This document shows positions 1 to 10,067 of a DNA stretch of 64,000 bases, piece after piece. The stretch is from Planctomycetota bacterium (GTDB lineage Bacteria; Planctomycetota; UBA1135; UBA2386), in contig JBKAGP010000001.1 in assembly GCA_046290465.1 (NCBI GenBank), positions 5,216,001 to 5,280,000 of the forward strand, in the 5' to 3' direction. The translations under genes were made by a program, and so were the position numbers. Every line of letters begins with the position of its first letter. Position 1 is the stretch's first letter. The notes under the pieces were generated by a model. The model saw only the letters and a program-made list of their open reading frames with translations, made no database searches and was not told the DNA's origin.

Positions 1-886
1 TGGCGAACTCGCTCTCGAGCTGCTGCAGCTGCGAGGTGGCGCGCTTCGAGCTGGCGACGGCGCGCTCGTGCTGCTGCTCGAGGGCGCGGTTGCGCAGCGT
101 GGTCTCGGCGAGCTTCTGCTCGAGCACGGCGGCCTTCTGCTCGAGCACCTGGCTGCGCTCGACCATGCGGCGCTCCATCTCGTGCAGCGCGCGGTGGGCC
201 TGCTCGAGTTCCTGGTGCTGTCGCTCGAGCTGCTGCCGGGCTGCCGAGCGCTGCGCCTCCATGCGCTTGTGCTCGTCCTCGAGCCGCGCCTTCATCTCGT
301 TCTGCTGCGCCTTCATGCGGGCGCGCAGCTCGTTCTGCTGCGCCTCCAGCTGGCTGCGCATGTTGTGCTGCTGGGCCTCGAGCTGCGCGCGCAGGTCGCT
401 CTGCGTCGACTGCATGCGGCTCTTCAGCGCCTTTTCCTCGGCGACCATGCGGTTCTGCTCGGCGGCGAGGCGGGTCTGCAGCTCGTTGGCGCGCGCGGCC
501 ATCTGCTGCTGGGCGGACGTCAGCTCGTCGGCCTTCTGGCGCAGCGCCTGCTGCAGCGCCTGGATCTGCTGGTCCCGGTTGTTGCCGCTGGCCTCGGCGT
601 CGCGCCGGGTCTGCTGCAGCCGCTTCTCGAACACGGCCTCCTGCTCGGCGAGCACCGCGCGCAGCTTCTGGATCTCGCGATCCTTCTGGGCGAGTTCGCC
701 CTCGCGCTGCTGCATCTGTTTGGCCGTGCCGTTCTCGAGCTGTTCGAGGTACCGGTCGACGTTCTTCATCTGCTGCTCGAGTCGGGTGACGGCGTTGCGC
801 AGTTCGCGTTTTTCGTCCTGCGCGCGGCATCCGACCAGACCGCACAGGAGCACGATCAGGGGGGTGATGACGAGGCTTCTGTTCAT
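1..886 (-). CDS. Long coiled-coil lipoprotein (runs off the window start)
   Basis: Own translation from ATG 886: MNRSLVITPLIVLLCGLVGC (signal + lipobox), then Q/E/R/A-rich coiled coil with no stop to the window edge; GGAGA SD upstream; absent from ORF track because truncated. Confidence 0.85.
   Translation of the reverse strand, partial: MNRSLVITPLIVLLCGLVGCRAQDEKRELRNAVTRLEQQMKNVDRYLEQLENGTAKQMQQREGELAQKDREIQKLRAVLAEQEAVFEKRLQQTRRDAEASGNNRDQQIQALQQALRQKADELTSAQQQMAARANELQTRLAAEQNRMVAEEKALKSRMQSTQSDLRAQLEAQQHNMRSQLEAQQNELRARMKAQQNEMKARLEDEHKRMEAQRSAARQQLERQHQELEQAHRALHEMERRMVERSQVLEQKAAVLEQKLAETTLRNRALEQQHERAVASSKRATSQLQQLESEFA
263..394. repeat. Four degenerate 33-bp tandem units (11-residue coiled-coil repeats)
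   Basis: Encodes LRAQLEAQQHN/MRSQLEAQQNE/LRARMKAQQNE/MKARLEDEHKR. Confidence 0.7.
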
Positions 887-969
887 GGGGGGTCTCCGCT
901 ATTGGATTCGGCGGGTAGTCCGGAGAACCTGAGGGTAGCGCTCGGCGCAAGATCTGAAAAAGCCTCCAC

Positions 970-1863
970 ATGCACGTGCAAAGATTCCTCGCGTCGGCCT
1001 GGGCCAGCGTGCACGGGTCGAAGGACCCGGCGCAGCTTCTCGTATCCCTGCTGGAGAACGGCTTTGCGGGCCTGGCGGCCTCGCCCGGTCCGCGCGCGGT
1101 CGATTGGGCCGCCCTGCGCGCCGCGGCCGACGAACTGCCGGTCTCGTTCCCGGTGGTGCGCGCCGGCAGCCCTCTGACCGATCGTTCGCCCCTCAACGCG
1201 CTCTGCTCGCAGGCGGACGGCGAACGGCAGGTCGCCCGCCGCGCCGTGGCCGACGCCGTGCAGACCGCGCGCACGCTCGGCACGCCGACGGTCGTTCTGG
1301 ACCTCGGGGTGGTCGCGATGACCGGCGAGATCGAGGCCGAAGACCTCGGCGAGCCCGGCTACCAGTGGACCGACGAGCGCGCCCAGGCGCTGGCGGCGCG
1401 CCGCAAGGTCGGCCGGGACGCCGCCGTCGACCGCGCCTGTCGCGAGTTGTTCGGGATCCTCAAAGCCTTTCCGGACATGAAGTTCTGCGTGACGCAGAGC
1501 CGCAGCCTGCGGGCCGTGCTGGACGTGCCGGCGCTGCAGGACGTGGTCGAGGACGTCGGCCAGCGCGAGCTCGGCTACTGGCACGACGCCGGCATTTGCG
1601 CCCGGCGAGAACAGATCCTGCGCGAACCGCAGGGCGAATGGCTCGAGATGTTCGGTAACCGCCTGTCGGGGATGACCTTGGGCGACGCTTCCCCGGACGG
1701 CCTGTACCTGCCTCCGGGCGCGGGTGGGGTGGACTATGGCCTCTGCGCCACCTATGTACCCGGGACCGGGAGTTCGTTCCCGGTCGTGTTGGAGCTCGAT
1801 CCCTCCGTTGCCCCCGGAGAGATGTCCGGCATGCGTTCCTGCCTCGACAAGTACGGCTTCTAG
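970..1863 (+). CDS. Sugar phosphate isomerase/epimerase-like TIM-barrel protein (AP endonuclease 2 fold)
   Basis: GYWHDAG, LPPGAGGVDY and VLEL motifs; some metal ligands look degenerate. Confidence 0.7.
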   Translation: MHVQRFLASAWASVHGSKDPAQLLVSLLENGFAGLAASPGPRAVDWAALRAAADELPVSFPVVRAGSPLTDRSPLNALCSQADGERQVARRAVADAVQTARTLGTPTVVLDLGVVAMTGEIEAEDLGEPGYQWTDERAQALAARRKVGRDAAVDRACRELFGILKAFPDMKFCVTQSRSLRAVLDVPALQDVVEDVGQRELGYWHDAGICARREQILREPQGEWLEMFGNRLSGMTLGDASPDGLYLPPGAGGVDYGLCATYVPGTGSSFPVVLELDPSVAPGEMSGMRSCLDKYGF

Positions 1864-1930
1864 CACAAGGTTGTGTGGCCGTGCGCCCGATGCGGAGCGT
1901 AGTGCGGCGCCGAGCCCTGGCGCGTTCCCG

Positions 1931-2998
1931 ATGAATACCCCCTCCTTGGCCAAGCTAGCCCACAGCGGAGCCGCCCGAACCGAGGTGCTGCGTGACCTCC
2001 TCCGGACACGCCAGCGTCTCCTCGTCCTGACCCACAACAACCCCGACCCCGACTCGCTCGGGGGCGCGGTGGGGCTGCAGGAATTCGCCCGACTGGCCGC
2101 CGGCTGCGAGAGCAAGCTCGCGATCACCGGCAAGATCCTGCGCGCCGAGAACCAGGCGATGGTTCGCGAGCTGCAGATCGACATGGGCCGGCTCGACACG
2201 ATCAAGCTCAGCGAGTTCGACTGCATCGCGCTGGTCGACACCCAGCCCGGCTTCGGCCACACGTTCGTGCCGGCCGGCAGCGCCGTCGACATCGTCGTCG
2301 ACCACCACGTCTGCAACGACGCGGCGATCGACCCCAACGTGACGTCGTTCGTCGACGTGCGGCCCGAGATCGGCGCGACCAGCTCGATCGTCGCGAGCTA
2401 CCTGATGCACGCCGGCGTCACGCCGAGCAAGCAGGCCGCGACCGCGCTGGCCTACGGTGTGCGCACCGACACCGCCGACCTGTCGCGCAACGTCAGCGAC
2501 CTGGACGTCGAGGTGTTCGAGTTCTTGTCGCACCACATGGACCGCCAGGCGCTGGCCGCGATCACCAACCCGCGCCTGCCCGCGGCCTACTTCCGCACGC
2601 TCAAGGACGCGCTCGGCAAGGCCCGCCTCTACGACGGCCTGACGCTGTGTTCGCTCGGTCGGACCACCAGCGCCGAGATGGTCGCCGAGGTCGCCGACCT
2701 GCTGCTCCGGATGGAAGGCGTGCAGGCGGTGTTCTGCGGCGGCCTGGTCGGGCAGAGCTACTACGTGTCGGTGCGCACCGAGGTCGGTGGCGACGCCTGG
2801 AGCCTGATCAAGGCCGGCATGGAGGGCGAGGAGGGGTCGTGCGGCGGCCACGGCTCGGTCGCCGGCGGCTCGATCACGCTCGACTGCGCCGACTCGCGCA
2901 CCCTGCGCCGCCTCGAGCGCCGCCTGGAGCGCAACGTGCTCAAAGCGATGGGGGTGGTGGGCACCAATGCCGTGACCCTCGGCGAAGACGACGACTGA
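1931..2998 (+). CDS. DHH family phosphoesterase (NrnA-like)
   Basis: THNNPDPDS, LVDTQ, VDHH, TDT and C-terminal GGH motifs; start set at ATG 1931. Confidence 0.9.
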   Translation: MNTPSLAKLAHSGAARTEVLRDLLRTRQRLLVLTHNNPDPDSLGGAVGLQEFARLAAGCESKLAITGKILRAENQAMVRELQIDMGRLDTIKLSEFDCIALVDTQPGFGHTFVPAGSAVDIVVDHHVCNDAAIDPNVTSFVDVRPEIGATSSIVASYLMHAGVTPSKQAATALAYGVRTDTADLSRNVSDLDVEVFEFLSHHMDRQALAAITNPRLPAAYFRTLKDALGKARLYDGLTLCSLGRTTSAEMVAEVADLLLRMEGVQAVFCGGLVGQSYYVSVRTEVGGDAWSLIKAGMEGEEGSCGGHGSVAGGSITLDCADSRTLRRLERRLERNVLKAMGVVGTNAVTLGEDDD

Positions 2999-3141
2999 CC
3001 CGGTCGTCGGTGCGCCGTTGGTCCGGCAGGGCCGCGTTGCGTGGCCAGCCACCGGGTCTCCGGTGCCACGGGAGGTCTTTGGACCGAATGCCGGTGCGTC
3101 AGCGCTTTGCAGGGGCTGCTGGTATCATTCGGCGCCGATCC

Positions 3142-6100
3142 ATGCGCCGCACCACCCTCGCACTCGCCGCCGCCGCCGTCGCTCTGGCGTGGGTTCCGTC
3201 CGTTGTTGGCCCTGTCGATCCGGTCGACCGCCCGGCGGTTGGTCCGACGGTTGGTCCGACGGTGTGCGCGCCGCACGCTGCCGAGACGGCGGCGACCTTC
3301 GCGACCCCGGACCAACTGCAGTTCGTGCCCAACCGCGGCCAGTGGTCGGACGGCGTGCGCTACGGCGTGCTCGGCGACACGGTCGGCTGGCTGCACGACG
3401 ACGGCTTCACGCTGCGGTTCGAACGCTGGACGGCGGCGGACGAACGTCGCCCCGGCCGGAGCGCGTCGGGCGCGGTGGTGCGCACCCGCTTCGTCGGCGC
3501 GGTGACGACCTCGCTCGACGGCGGTGCGCCGCTGGCGACGCGGCACCACTTCCTGCGCGGCGGCGTCGGTCGCCATCGTCGCGACGTGCCGGCGTTCGCG
3601 AACGTCACCATGCGCGGCGTGCTGCCGGGCATCGACGTGCAGTTCCGGCCGCTGCCCGACGGGGTGCGCGGTCCGTTCGAATACGACCTGCTGCTCGCCG
3701 CCGGCGCCGACCTGTCGCGCTTCGTCGCCGAGTGCGAAGGGGTCGAGTGCCTGCGCATCGACGAACAGGGGCGGCTGGTCGCCACGGTCGCGACGCCCGA
3801 CGGCGTTCGCGAGCTGGTGCAGCAGGCGCCGGTCGCCTGGCAGTCGGGCGAGCACGGCCGCACGCCGGTCGACGTGCGGTTCCGGCTGCTCGGCACGCGT
3901 CGCTACGGCTTCGCCGCGCGCGACCTCGACGCGGAGCTGGCGACGGTGGTCGATCCCGGCGTGCTGTGGGGCACGTTCCTCGGCGGCGGCGCGACCGATC
4001 GCATCTACGACGTCGAGTGGCGCAACGGCAACGGCGGCTGGATCGGCGGCTGGACCGGCTCGACCGACTTCCCGACCTCGACCGGTGCGTTCCAGACCAG
4101 CGGCGGCGCCGACGGCTTCGTCGCCAAGCTGAGCGACGACGGTCAGTCGCTGCTGTTCGCGACCTACCTCGGCGGCTCGCGCAGCGAGGAGGTGCGCGGC
4201 CTCGCCGTCGCGGACGACGACACGGTCACGGTGGTCGGCTTCACCAACTCGTCGGACTTCCCGGTCACCGCGGGCGCCGCCCAGCCGAACTACGCCGGCG
4301 CCAGCACGTTCCTGGACCTCGGGGACGGCTTCGTCGCTCGCGTCGCGGCGAACGGCCAGAGCCTGCTCGGCGCGACGTTCCTCGGCGGCACGTTCGACGA
4401 CATCGCCGAGGACGTGGTGCTCGACGACAACGGCAACCCGATCGTCTGCGGCTGGACCTCGTCGCCGGACATGCCGGTGCCCGCCGGCGGCCTGCAGCCC
4501 CTGCTCGGGGGCCTGGCTATCGCGCAGACCGACGGCTTCGTGATCGGCGCCGCGGCCGACCTGCAGTCGCTGACGTTCGGCACGTTCCTCGGGGGCGCGT
4601 CGGGCGAGCAGCTGCTCGCGATCGACCGCGACGACCAGACCGGCGACCTGGCCGTGACCGGCTGGTCGATCGGCGCCGACTACCTGACCACGCCGGGCGT
4701 GGTGCGGCCGACGTCGGGTGGCGACATCGACGCGGTGTTGACGCGGCTCGACGCGACCGCGAGCACCGCGGTCTGGTCGACCTACCTCGGCGGCGTCGAC
4801 GAGGATGCCGGCCAGACGGTGCACTTCGACAGCGACGGCTCGGTCTGGGTCGGTGGCTTCACCGACTCGGCGAACTTCCCGCCGACGCTCAATGCGCCGC
4901 AGACGGCGCTGGCGGGCGGCTTCGACGGCTTCGTCACCCGGGTCTCGTCGATCGGGCAGTCGCTGGTGTTCTCGACGCTGCTCGGCGGACCGGGCAACGA
5001 CCGCGTGCGCGCGCTCGACGTGTCGGCGGCCGGGGTGATGGTCGTCGGCGAGGCGGCCGCTGGCTTTCCGGTCGCGGCCGGCGCGACCCAGCCGCAGTTC
5101 GCGTCGGGCATCACCGACGCGTTCGCGACCTGGCTGAGCAACGGCGGCACGACGATCGCGTGGTCGAGCTACTTCGGCGGCGAGTTCCAGGACGCGTTCT
5201 CGGCGGTGCACTTCGGCGACAGCGGCATCGCGTCGCTCGCCGGCTACAGCTACTCGCCGGACTTCCCGATCGCGCCGGCGGCGCTGCAGGGCAACCTGCT
5301 CGGCGTCGAGGACGGCGTGGTGGTGCGGCTGGACCTGCTGAGCGACCTCGGGCCGGGGCTGCGCGTGACGCCGGTCTCCGGTGAGGACGTGGTCGTGCAG
5401 CAGGGCGGCGAGGTCGAACTGCTGCGCTTCGAGCTCGAGAACGTCACCGATCGCGTGCTCTACGTCGACCGCGTGCGGTTCATGGCATCGGGTGGCGGCA
5501 TGACGATGGCCAACGTCACGTCGTTCGCCCTGCTGCAGGATGGCCAGCCGGTCGGCGGGGCGCCGATGGTCGCCCCGGCGACCGACTACGAGCTGGCGAC
5601 CAACGTCGCCGGCAGCCGCCTGACGATCGCGCCGCACACCGTCGCCACCGTGACGCTGACCGCGAACTGCAGCGGCTCGATGAGTCCGCCGGCGTTCGAG
5701 GTCGGCGCGTTGATCGAAGGCGCGGCGTCGTTCGACGTGCGGGCGTTCGGCCTCGGCGGTGGACCGTCCGTCGGCGTGATCGGGGCGGCGCGCGTGACCG
5801 GCCCGGTCTACGTGGTCGGCAAGCTGCCGGGCGACATCGACGGTTCGGGCCAACGCGACGTCATCGATCTGCGCCGCCTGGTCAACTCGGTCGGCTCCGG
5901 GGACGGCGAGACCGACGTCGACGGCGATGGCGTGATCACGACCATCGACGTCGCCGCGACGCGCCAGGCGATCCTCGGCCGCGGCAGCGGCTTCGCCGCG
6001 CCGACGCAGGTCGCCCGCGACGAATGGCTGCGCGTCGACGTGCTGCTGCCCAAGCTCGACGGCCTGCAGGCTTCGCTCGGCGGCCGTTCGCTGCTGGTCG

Positions 6101-6222
6101 GCCGGGCGACGCCCCGCGAGATCACGGCGCGCGTGCCGGCAGACCAGGCGCTCGGGCTGCAGGAGCTGGTGATCTCCCGCGCCGGCCAGGTGATCTTCGC
6201 GGGCCTGGTCGAAGTGCTCTGA
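3142..6222 (+). CDS. Secreted SBBP/beta-propeller repeat protein with C-terminal dockerin-like Ca-binding repeats
   Basis: Signal peptide MRRTTLALAAAAVALA; FVPNRGQW domain; repeated TYLGG...G.T.S.DFP...DGFV units; GDIDGSG..D and DVDGDG..D loops. Confidence 0.85.
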   Translation: MRRTTLALAAAAVALAWVPSVVGPVDPVDRPAVGPTVGPTVCAPHAAETAATFATPDQLQFVPNRGQWSDGVRYGVLGDTVGWLHDDGFTLRFERWTAADERRPGRSASGAVVRTRFVGAVTTSLDGGAPLATRHHFLRGGVGRHRRDVPAFANVTMRGVLPGIDVQFRPLPDGVRGPFEYDLLLAAGADLSRFVAECEGVECLRIDEQGRLVATVATPDGVRELVQQAPVAWQSGEHGRTPVDVRFRLLGTRRYGFAARDLDAELATVVDPGVLWGTFLGGGATDRIYDVEWRNGNGGWIGGWTGSTDFPTSTGAFQTSGGADGFVAKLSDDGQSLLFATYLGGSRSEEVRGLAVADDDTVTVVGFTNSSDFPVTAGAAQPNYAGASTFLDLGDGFVARVAANGQSLLGATFLGGTFDDIAEDVVLDDNGNPIVCGWTSSPDMPVPAGGLQPLLGGLAIAQTDGFVIGAAADLQSLTFGTFLGGASGEQLLAIDRDDQTGDLAVTGWSIGADYLTTPGVVRPTSGGDIDAVLTRLDATASTAVWSTYLGGVDEDAGQTVHFDSDGSVWVGGFTDSANFPPTLNAPQTALAGGFDGFVTRVSSIGQSLVFSTLLGGPGNDRVRALDVSAAGVMVVGEAAAGFPVAAGATQPQFASGITDAFATWLSNGGTTIAWSSYFGGEFQDAFSAVHFGDSGIASLAGYSYSPDFPIAPAALQGNLLGVEDGVVVRLDLLSDLGPGLRVTPVSGEDVVVQQGGEVELLRFELENVTDRVLYVDRVRFMASGGGMTMANVTSFALLQDGQPVGGAPMVAPATDYELATNVAGSRLTIAPHTVATVTLTANCSGSMSPPAFEVGALIEGAASFDVRAFGLGGGPSVGVIGAARVTGPVYVVGKLPGDIDGSGQRDVIDLRRLVNSVGSGDGETDVDGDGVITTIDVAATRQAILGRGSGFAAPTQVARDEWLRVDVLLPKLDGLQASLGGRSLLVGRATPREITARVPADQALGLQELVISRAGQVIFAGLVEVL

Positions 6223-7028
6223 TGGTGCGCGTGCTGCTGCTGGGCGGCCTCGATCCGAGCGGCGGCGCCGGCATCACGGTCGACGCGACCGTGGCCGCGC
6301 TGCACGGCGTCGAGCCGCTGCCGGTGGCGTTGACGACGACCGTGCAGGGCCTGCGCGGCTTCGTCGCGAAGCAGCCGATCGCCGAACGGGTCTGGCGTGA
6401 GCAGGTCGCGACCGTGCTCGCGGACGGCAAGATCGCGGCGGTCAAGGTCGGCTACGTCGGGGACCCGGCGCTGGTCGCGGTGGTCGCCGAAGCGGTGCGC
6501 GCGCTGCCCGCGGGGACCCACGTGGTCGTCGACCCGGTGCTGTCCGCGACCGCGGGCGGCATGCACGACGGCGACGCGCTGGTCGCGGCCTACCGCGAGC
6601 ACCTGGTCCCGCTGGCGACGTTGCTGACGCCGAACGGTCCCGAGCTGCAGCAACTGGCCGACGGCGACGCCGAGTCCCTGCTGCGTGTCGAGGCCCCGCT
6701 CCGAGCCGAGTCCCCGCTTCGTTCTGGCGCCGGCGCGGTGCTGCACAAGGGCGGCCACGGGGAAGGCGACCAGGCGATCGACGAGCTGTGGACCGGGGAG
6801 CCGCCGTATCGCTTCGCGCGGCCGCGGCACGACTGCGGCCCGGTGCGCGGCACGGGCTGCGCGCTGGCCAGCGCGATCGCCTGCCAGCTGGCGCTCGCGC
6901 GCAACCTCGTCGAGTCGTGCCGGCTCGCCGGGGACTGGCTCGCGTCGCTGCTCGTGCACGTGCGGCCGCGCCCGAGCGGCCTGCCGCGGTTGCTGCCGCT
7001 CAATCGCGGCGGAACAGCGCCGCGATGA
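6222..7028 (+). CDS. thiD: Hydroxymethylpyrimidine/phosphomethylpyrimidine kinase
   Basis: DPSGGAGI, VKVG, VVDPV, LTPN, KGGH, RGTGC motifs; TGATG overlap with upstream gene. Confidence 0.88.
   Translation: MVRVLLLGGLDPSGGAGITVDATVAALHGVEPLPVALTTTVQGLRGFVAKQPIAERVWREQVATVLADGKIAAVKVGYVGDPALVAVVAEAVRALPAGTHVVVDPVLSATAGGMHDGDALVAAYREHLVPLATLLTPNGPELQQLADGDAESLLRVEAPLRAESPLRSGAGAVLHKGGHGEGDQAIDELWTGEPPYRFARPRHDCGPVRGTGCALASAIACQLALARNLVESCRLAGDWLASLLVHVRPRPSGLPRLLPLNRGGTAPR
6669..6722. repeat. 3 x 18-bp in-frame tandem repeat inside thiD
   Basis: AESLLR/VEAPLR/AESPLR. Confidence 0.6.
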
Positions 7029-8811
7029 CGTCGGCGTAGCGCTCGGCGACCACGTGCCGGCGCACCTTGAGCGTCTGCGTCAGCAGGCCGTTGTCCGGCG
7101 TCAGCGCGTCGGAGAGCACCTGCACGGTCGCGATCCGGTCGGTCGGGCGGCAGCCGTTCTCGCGCGTGATCAGCCGGTCGAGTTCGCGGCGGTAGAGCTT
7201 CTGCACGGTTGCGTTGGCCAGCACGTCTCCCTGCACGTTCCACTCGGTCTTCGGCACCTCGTGCTCGAGCGCTTCGAAGCACGGCACGATCAGCACGCCG
7301 AGCGCCTTCTGGTCCTGGCCGACGACGACCGCCTGTTCGATCAGCGGGGACGTCTTGATCAACGTCTCGATCGGCTCCGGTTCGACGTTCTCGCCGCCGG
7401 CGAGCACGATCGTGTCCTTGGCGCGCCCGGTGATCCAGAAGTTGCCGTGCTCGTCGCAGTGGCCGAGGTCGCCGCTGTTGAACCAGCCGTCGTCGCTCAG
7501 CACCTCCTTGGTGCGCGACGGGTTCTCGTAGTAGCCGCGCATGATCTGCGGGCCCTGGATCCACAGCACGCCGGTCTCGTTGGGGCCGCACGCCGAGCCG
7601 TCGTCCTTGCGCGCCTCGATGCTGGTGTGCGGCAGCGGCGGGCCGATGTGGCCGGGACCGGTCTGCTCCGGCAGGCGAACGGCCGCCACCGGGCTGGTCT
7701 CAGTCAGTCCGTAGCCGTTGCGGATCGGGATGCCCATGCCGAGGAAGGTCTCGTCGACGTGGCGCGGCAGCGCGCCGCCGCCGCTGACGCAGAGGCGCAG
7801 GCGGCCGCCGAGGTTGCTGCGGACCTTCTTGTTGACGATGCCGTCGAGCACCTTGTGCTGCAGGCGGTCGAGCACCGACGCCTTGCCGGCGCCGACCTTG
7901 CGCGACAGCTGCAGGCACCGGCGGAACAGCTTGCCCTGCATGCCCTGCAGCTTGAGCGCGGTGTTGACGACGCCGTCGTGCAGCATCTCCCAGATGCGCG
8001 GCACTGCCGCGAAGATGGTCGGCTTCGCGTTCTGCAGGTCCTCCTTGATGCGGCGGCGGTCGGTGTAGATGAGCTGGCCGCCGGTCGCGAGCGCCAGGTA
8101 GTCCATGATGCGCTCGTACATGTGCCACGCCGGCAGCACCGACAGGAAGCTGTCCTGGTCGGTGACGTGCAGCACGTCGGTGCAGACGCGCACGTTCGAC
8201 ATCACGTTGTCGTGCGTCAGCATCACGCCCTTGGGTTCGGCCGTGGTGCCGGACGTGTAGACGATCGTCAGCAGGTCGTGCGGGCCGACCTGGCCGCGGG
8301 TCTCCTGCAGCAGGGCGGCCTGTTCGGCGCGCTGCTCGTCGCCGCGGCGCAGCAGGTCGCCGAGCGCCAGCGCGCCGTCGACGTCGGTCGCGTCGGCCAT
8401 CACGATCACGTGGCGCAGCTGCGGCAGGGCGGACTGCATGTCGAGCAGTTCGCGCGCGACCCCGTCGTTCTCGGCGAACGCCGCGCAGCAGCCGCTGTGC
8501 TGCAGGATGAACTGCAGCTCGGTCGGGGTGGTGTCCGAGCCGCGCGGCACGTCGACCACGCCGATGCTGGCCATCGCCATGTCGATGAGCAGCCACTCGT
8601 AGCGGTTCTCGGCGACGAGGCCGACGTGGTCCTCGCGCCGGATTCCCAGGTCGAGAAGCGCGGTCGCCAGCCTGTCGACGTCGTCGACGAGCCGGCCGAA
8701 CGTGATCGGGCTGTGGTCCTGGGCCGTGCGGCGGGGCAGGAACACCCGGTCGGCGCGCGGGCGGACCACCTGGTCCAGGAGCGCCGGGAAGGTCGATGGG
8801 AACGAGGGCAT
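7000..8811 (-). CDS. Long-chain fatty acid-CoA ligase (AMP-binding)
   Basis: YTSGTT..PKG, GYGLTET, SGDLG, GRAKD, LTQTLKVRR. Confidence 0.92.
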   Translation of the reverse strand: MPSFPSTFPALLDQVVRPRADRVFLPRRTAQDHSPITFGRLVDDVDRLATALLDLGIRREDHVGLVAENRYEWLLIDMAMASIGVVDVPRGSDTTPTELQFILQHSGCCAAFAENDGVARELLDMQSALPQLRHVIVMADATDVDGALALGDLLRRGDEQRAEQAALLQETRGQVGPHDLLTIVYTSGTTAEPKGVMLTHDNVMSNVRVCTDVLHVTDQDSFLSVLPAWHMYERIMDYLALATGGQLIYTDRRRIKEDLQNAKPTIFAAVPRIWEMLHDGVVNTALKLQGMQGKLFRRCLQLSRKVGAGKASVLDRLQHKVLDGIVNKKVRSNLGGRLRLCVSGGGALPRHVDETFLGMGIPIRNGYGLTETSPVAAVRLPEQTGPGHIGPPLPHTSIEARKDDGSACGPNETGVLWIQGPQIMRGYYENPSRTKEVLSDDGWFNSGDLGHCDEHGNFWITGRAKDTIVLAGGENVEPEPIETLIKTSPLIEQAVVVGQDQKALGVLIVPCFEALEHEVPKTEWNVQGDVLANATVQKLYRRELDRLITRENGCRPTDRIATVQVLSDALTPDNGLLTQTLKVRRHVVAERYADVIAALFRRD

Positions 8812-8985
8812 GCGGGGGTGCTGGGGCGGCCGGGGAAGTTCCTTCGGGTTCTCGTCGATTCGAAGGCTTGACTTCGTCCGTTCGGATCTTTAGGAATGTC
8901 CGCCCTCGTTCGCGGGGTCAACCCTCAGTCCGAAACGCTTCGCGCAGAATCGGGTGGTAGGGTTCCTGCAGACGAGCACCTGGAT

Positions 8986-9060
8986 GCGGGTGTAGCTCAG
9001 TGGTAGAGCATCACGTTGCCAACGTGATGGTCGTGAGTTCGAATCTCATCACCCGCTCCA
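8986..9060 (+). tRNA. tRNA-Gly (GCC)
   Basis: Acceptor GCGGGTG/CACCCGC, D-arm AGCTCAGTGGTAGAGC, anticodon GCC 9018-9020, TTCGAAT loop, encoded CCA. Confidence 0.97.
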
Positions 9061-9073
9061 CTTTCTCCGTCGG

Positions 9074-9091
9074 TGGCCCCCTCGATTCGAG
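9074..9091 (+). terminator. Hairpin downstream of tRNA (possible terminator)
   Basis: GGCCC-CCTCGATTCGAGG-TGC-GGGCC imperfect stem; no U tract. Confidence 0.3.
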
Positions 9092-9428
9092 GTGCGGGCC
9101 CGACGGAGATTCCTTACCGTCGCAACCGCGACGGATCTGCGCCGACCGATCCGCCAGGATCGTGCCAGACCGTGCGCCGCCCGGGCGCGATCTCGCTCGT
9201 CCTCGCGGTGCTCGAATTGCCCCCCCCCGGCGGAATCGGCGTCATCCTGCACCTGTTGGCGACTCGTCGGTTCGGTAAGGCCGGCTGTCCTGGTTGGCGG
9301 TGGTGATGATGACGGGGGTGAGCCTCTGGATGGGGGCGGTGCTGGCCATGGTCGTGGAGGGTGTGCTGCTCCTCGGCTGATCGGCGTCGACCGGGGATCC
9401 TTGCTCGGTCGCTGCGCAGCGGACGGTG

Positions 9429-10067
9429 ATGGACCCGGTCCTCGGCATCCTGCTCGGTTTCGTCGGACTGGCCGTCTGCATCGTGCTGGCGGTCGGGTTC
9501 GCGGTGACGGTGCAGGCAATCGGCCCGCGCCCGGCCGTGATGCGGTGGCTGTGGGGCGCCTACTGGATCTGGTGCACGGGCGTCGCGGTGCGCGTTGGCT
9601 ACGCCGTCTGGTGCTATCTCGACAGCGGCTACGACCTGCTGCGATCCGAGCGAGAGGGCGTCTCCTGGATGGTCTGGGGCAGCTTGCTCGGCGGGGGCCT
9701 GCTGCTGGACTTCGGGTCGCGTTGGGGTGCCGCGTCGCCCGCGCCGACGGCTGCGGCCGAAGCAGAGGAGGTGGGCGAGCCCGAAGCGCCGGCGGGGCCG
9801 TCCCTGCCCGAGGAGCCAACTCCGGAACCGCCGGTGGATGCGCCTCGCACGGTCTCCGAGGCGCTGGGCTGGACGGTGGGTCTGGTCGTCGCCTGCTGCC
9901 TGCTGGCGCTGCTGGTGCGCGGGCTGCGCTGGTGGTTCCCGGAGTTGCCGTGGCATTGGCTGCGCGGCCGCGGCCGTCCGCGCGCCGACGCCGACCCGGA
10001 GGTGCTCGGGGTCGCCGTGATGTTCGTGGTCGGCCTCGTGTTCGCGATGCGTCGGCCGCGCCGGTGA
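9429..10067 (+). CDS. Hypothetical integral membrane protein
   Basis: About 5 hydrophobic helices separated by a Pro/Glu-rich linker. Confidence 0.6.
   Translation: MDPVLGILLGFVGLAVCIVLAVGFAVTVQAIGPRPAVMRWLWGAYWIWCTGVAVRVGYAVWCYLDSGYDLLRSEREGVSWMVWGSLLGGGLLLDFGSRWGAASPAPTAAAEAEEVGEPEAPAGPSLPEEPTPEPPVDAPRTVSEALGWTVGLVVACCLLALLVRGLRWWFPELPWHWLRGRGRPRADADPEVLGVAVMFVVGLVFAMRRPRR

Noticed and set aside
36..1177. Plus-strand ORFs 36-932 and 68-1177, and the many long Arg/Ala/Pro-rich overlapping ORFs across the window
   Set aside because: Shadow frames of real genes in very high-GC DNA; no motifs and wrong codon-position bias
9220..9228. C9 tract as a phase-variation switch
   Set aside because: A slip here would not join the downstream hydrophobic frame, which has a TAA near 9276
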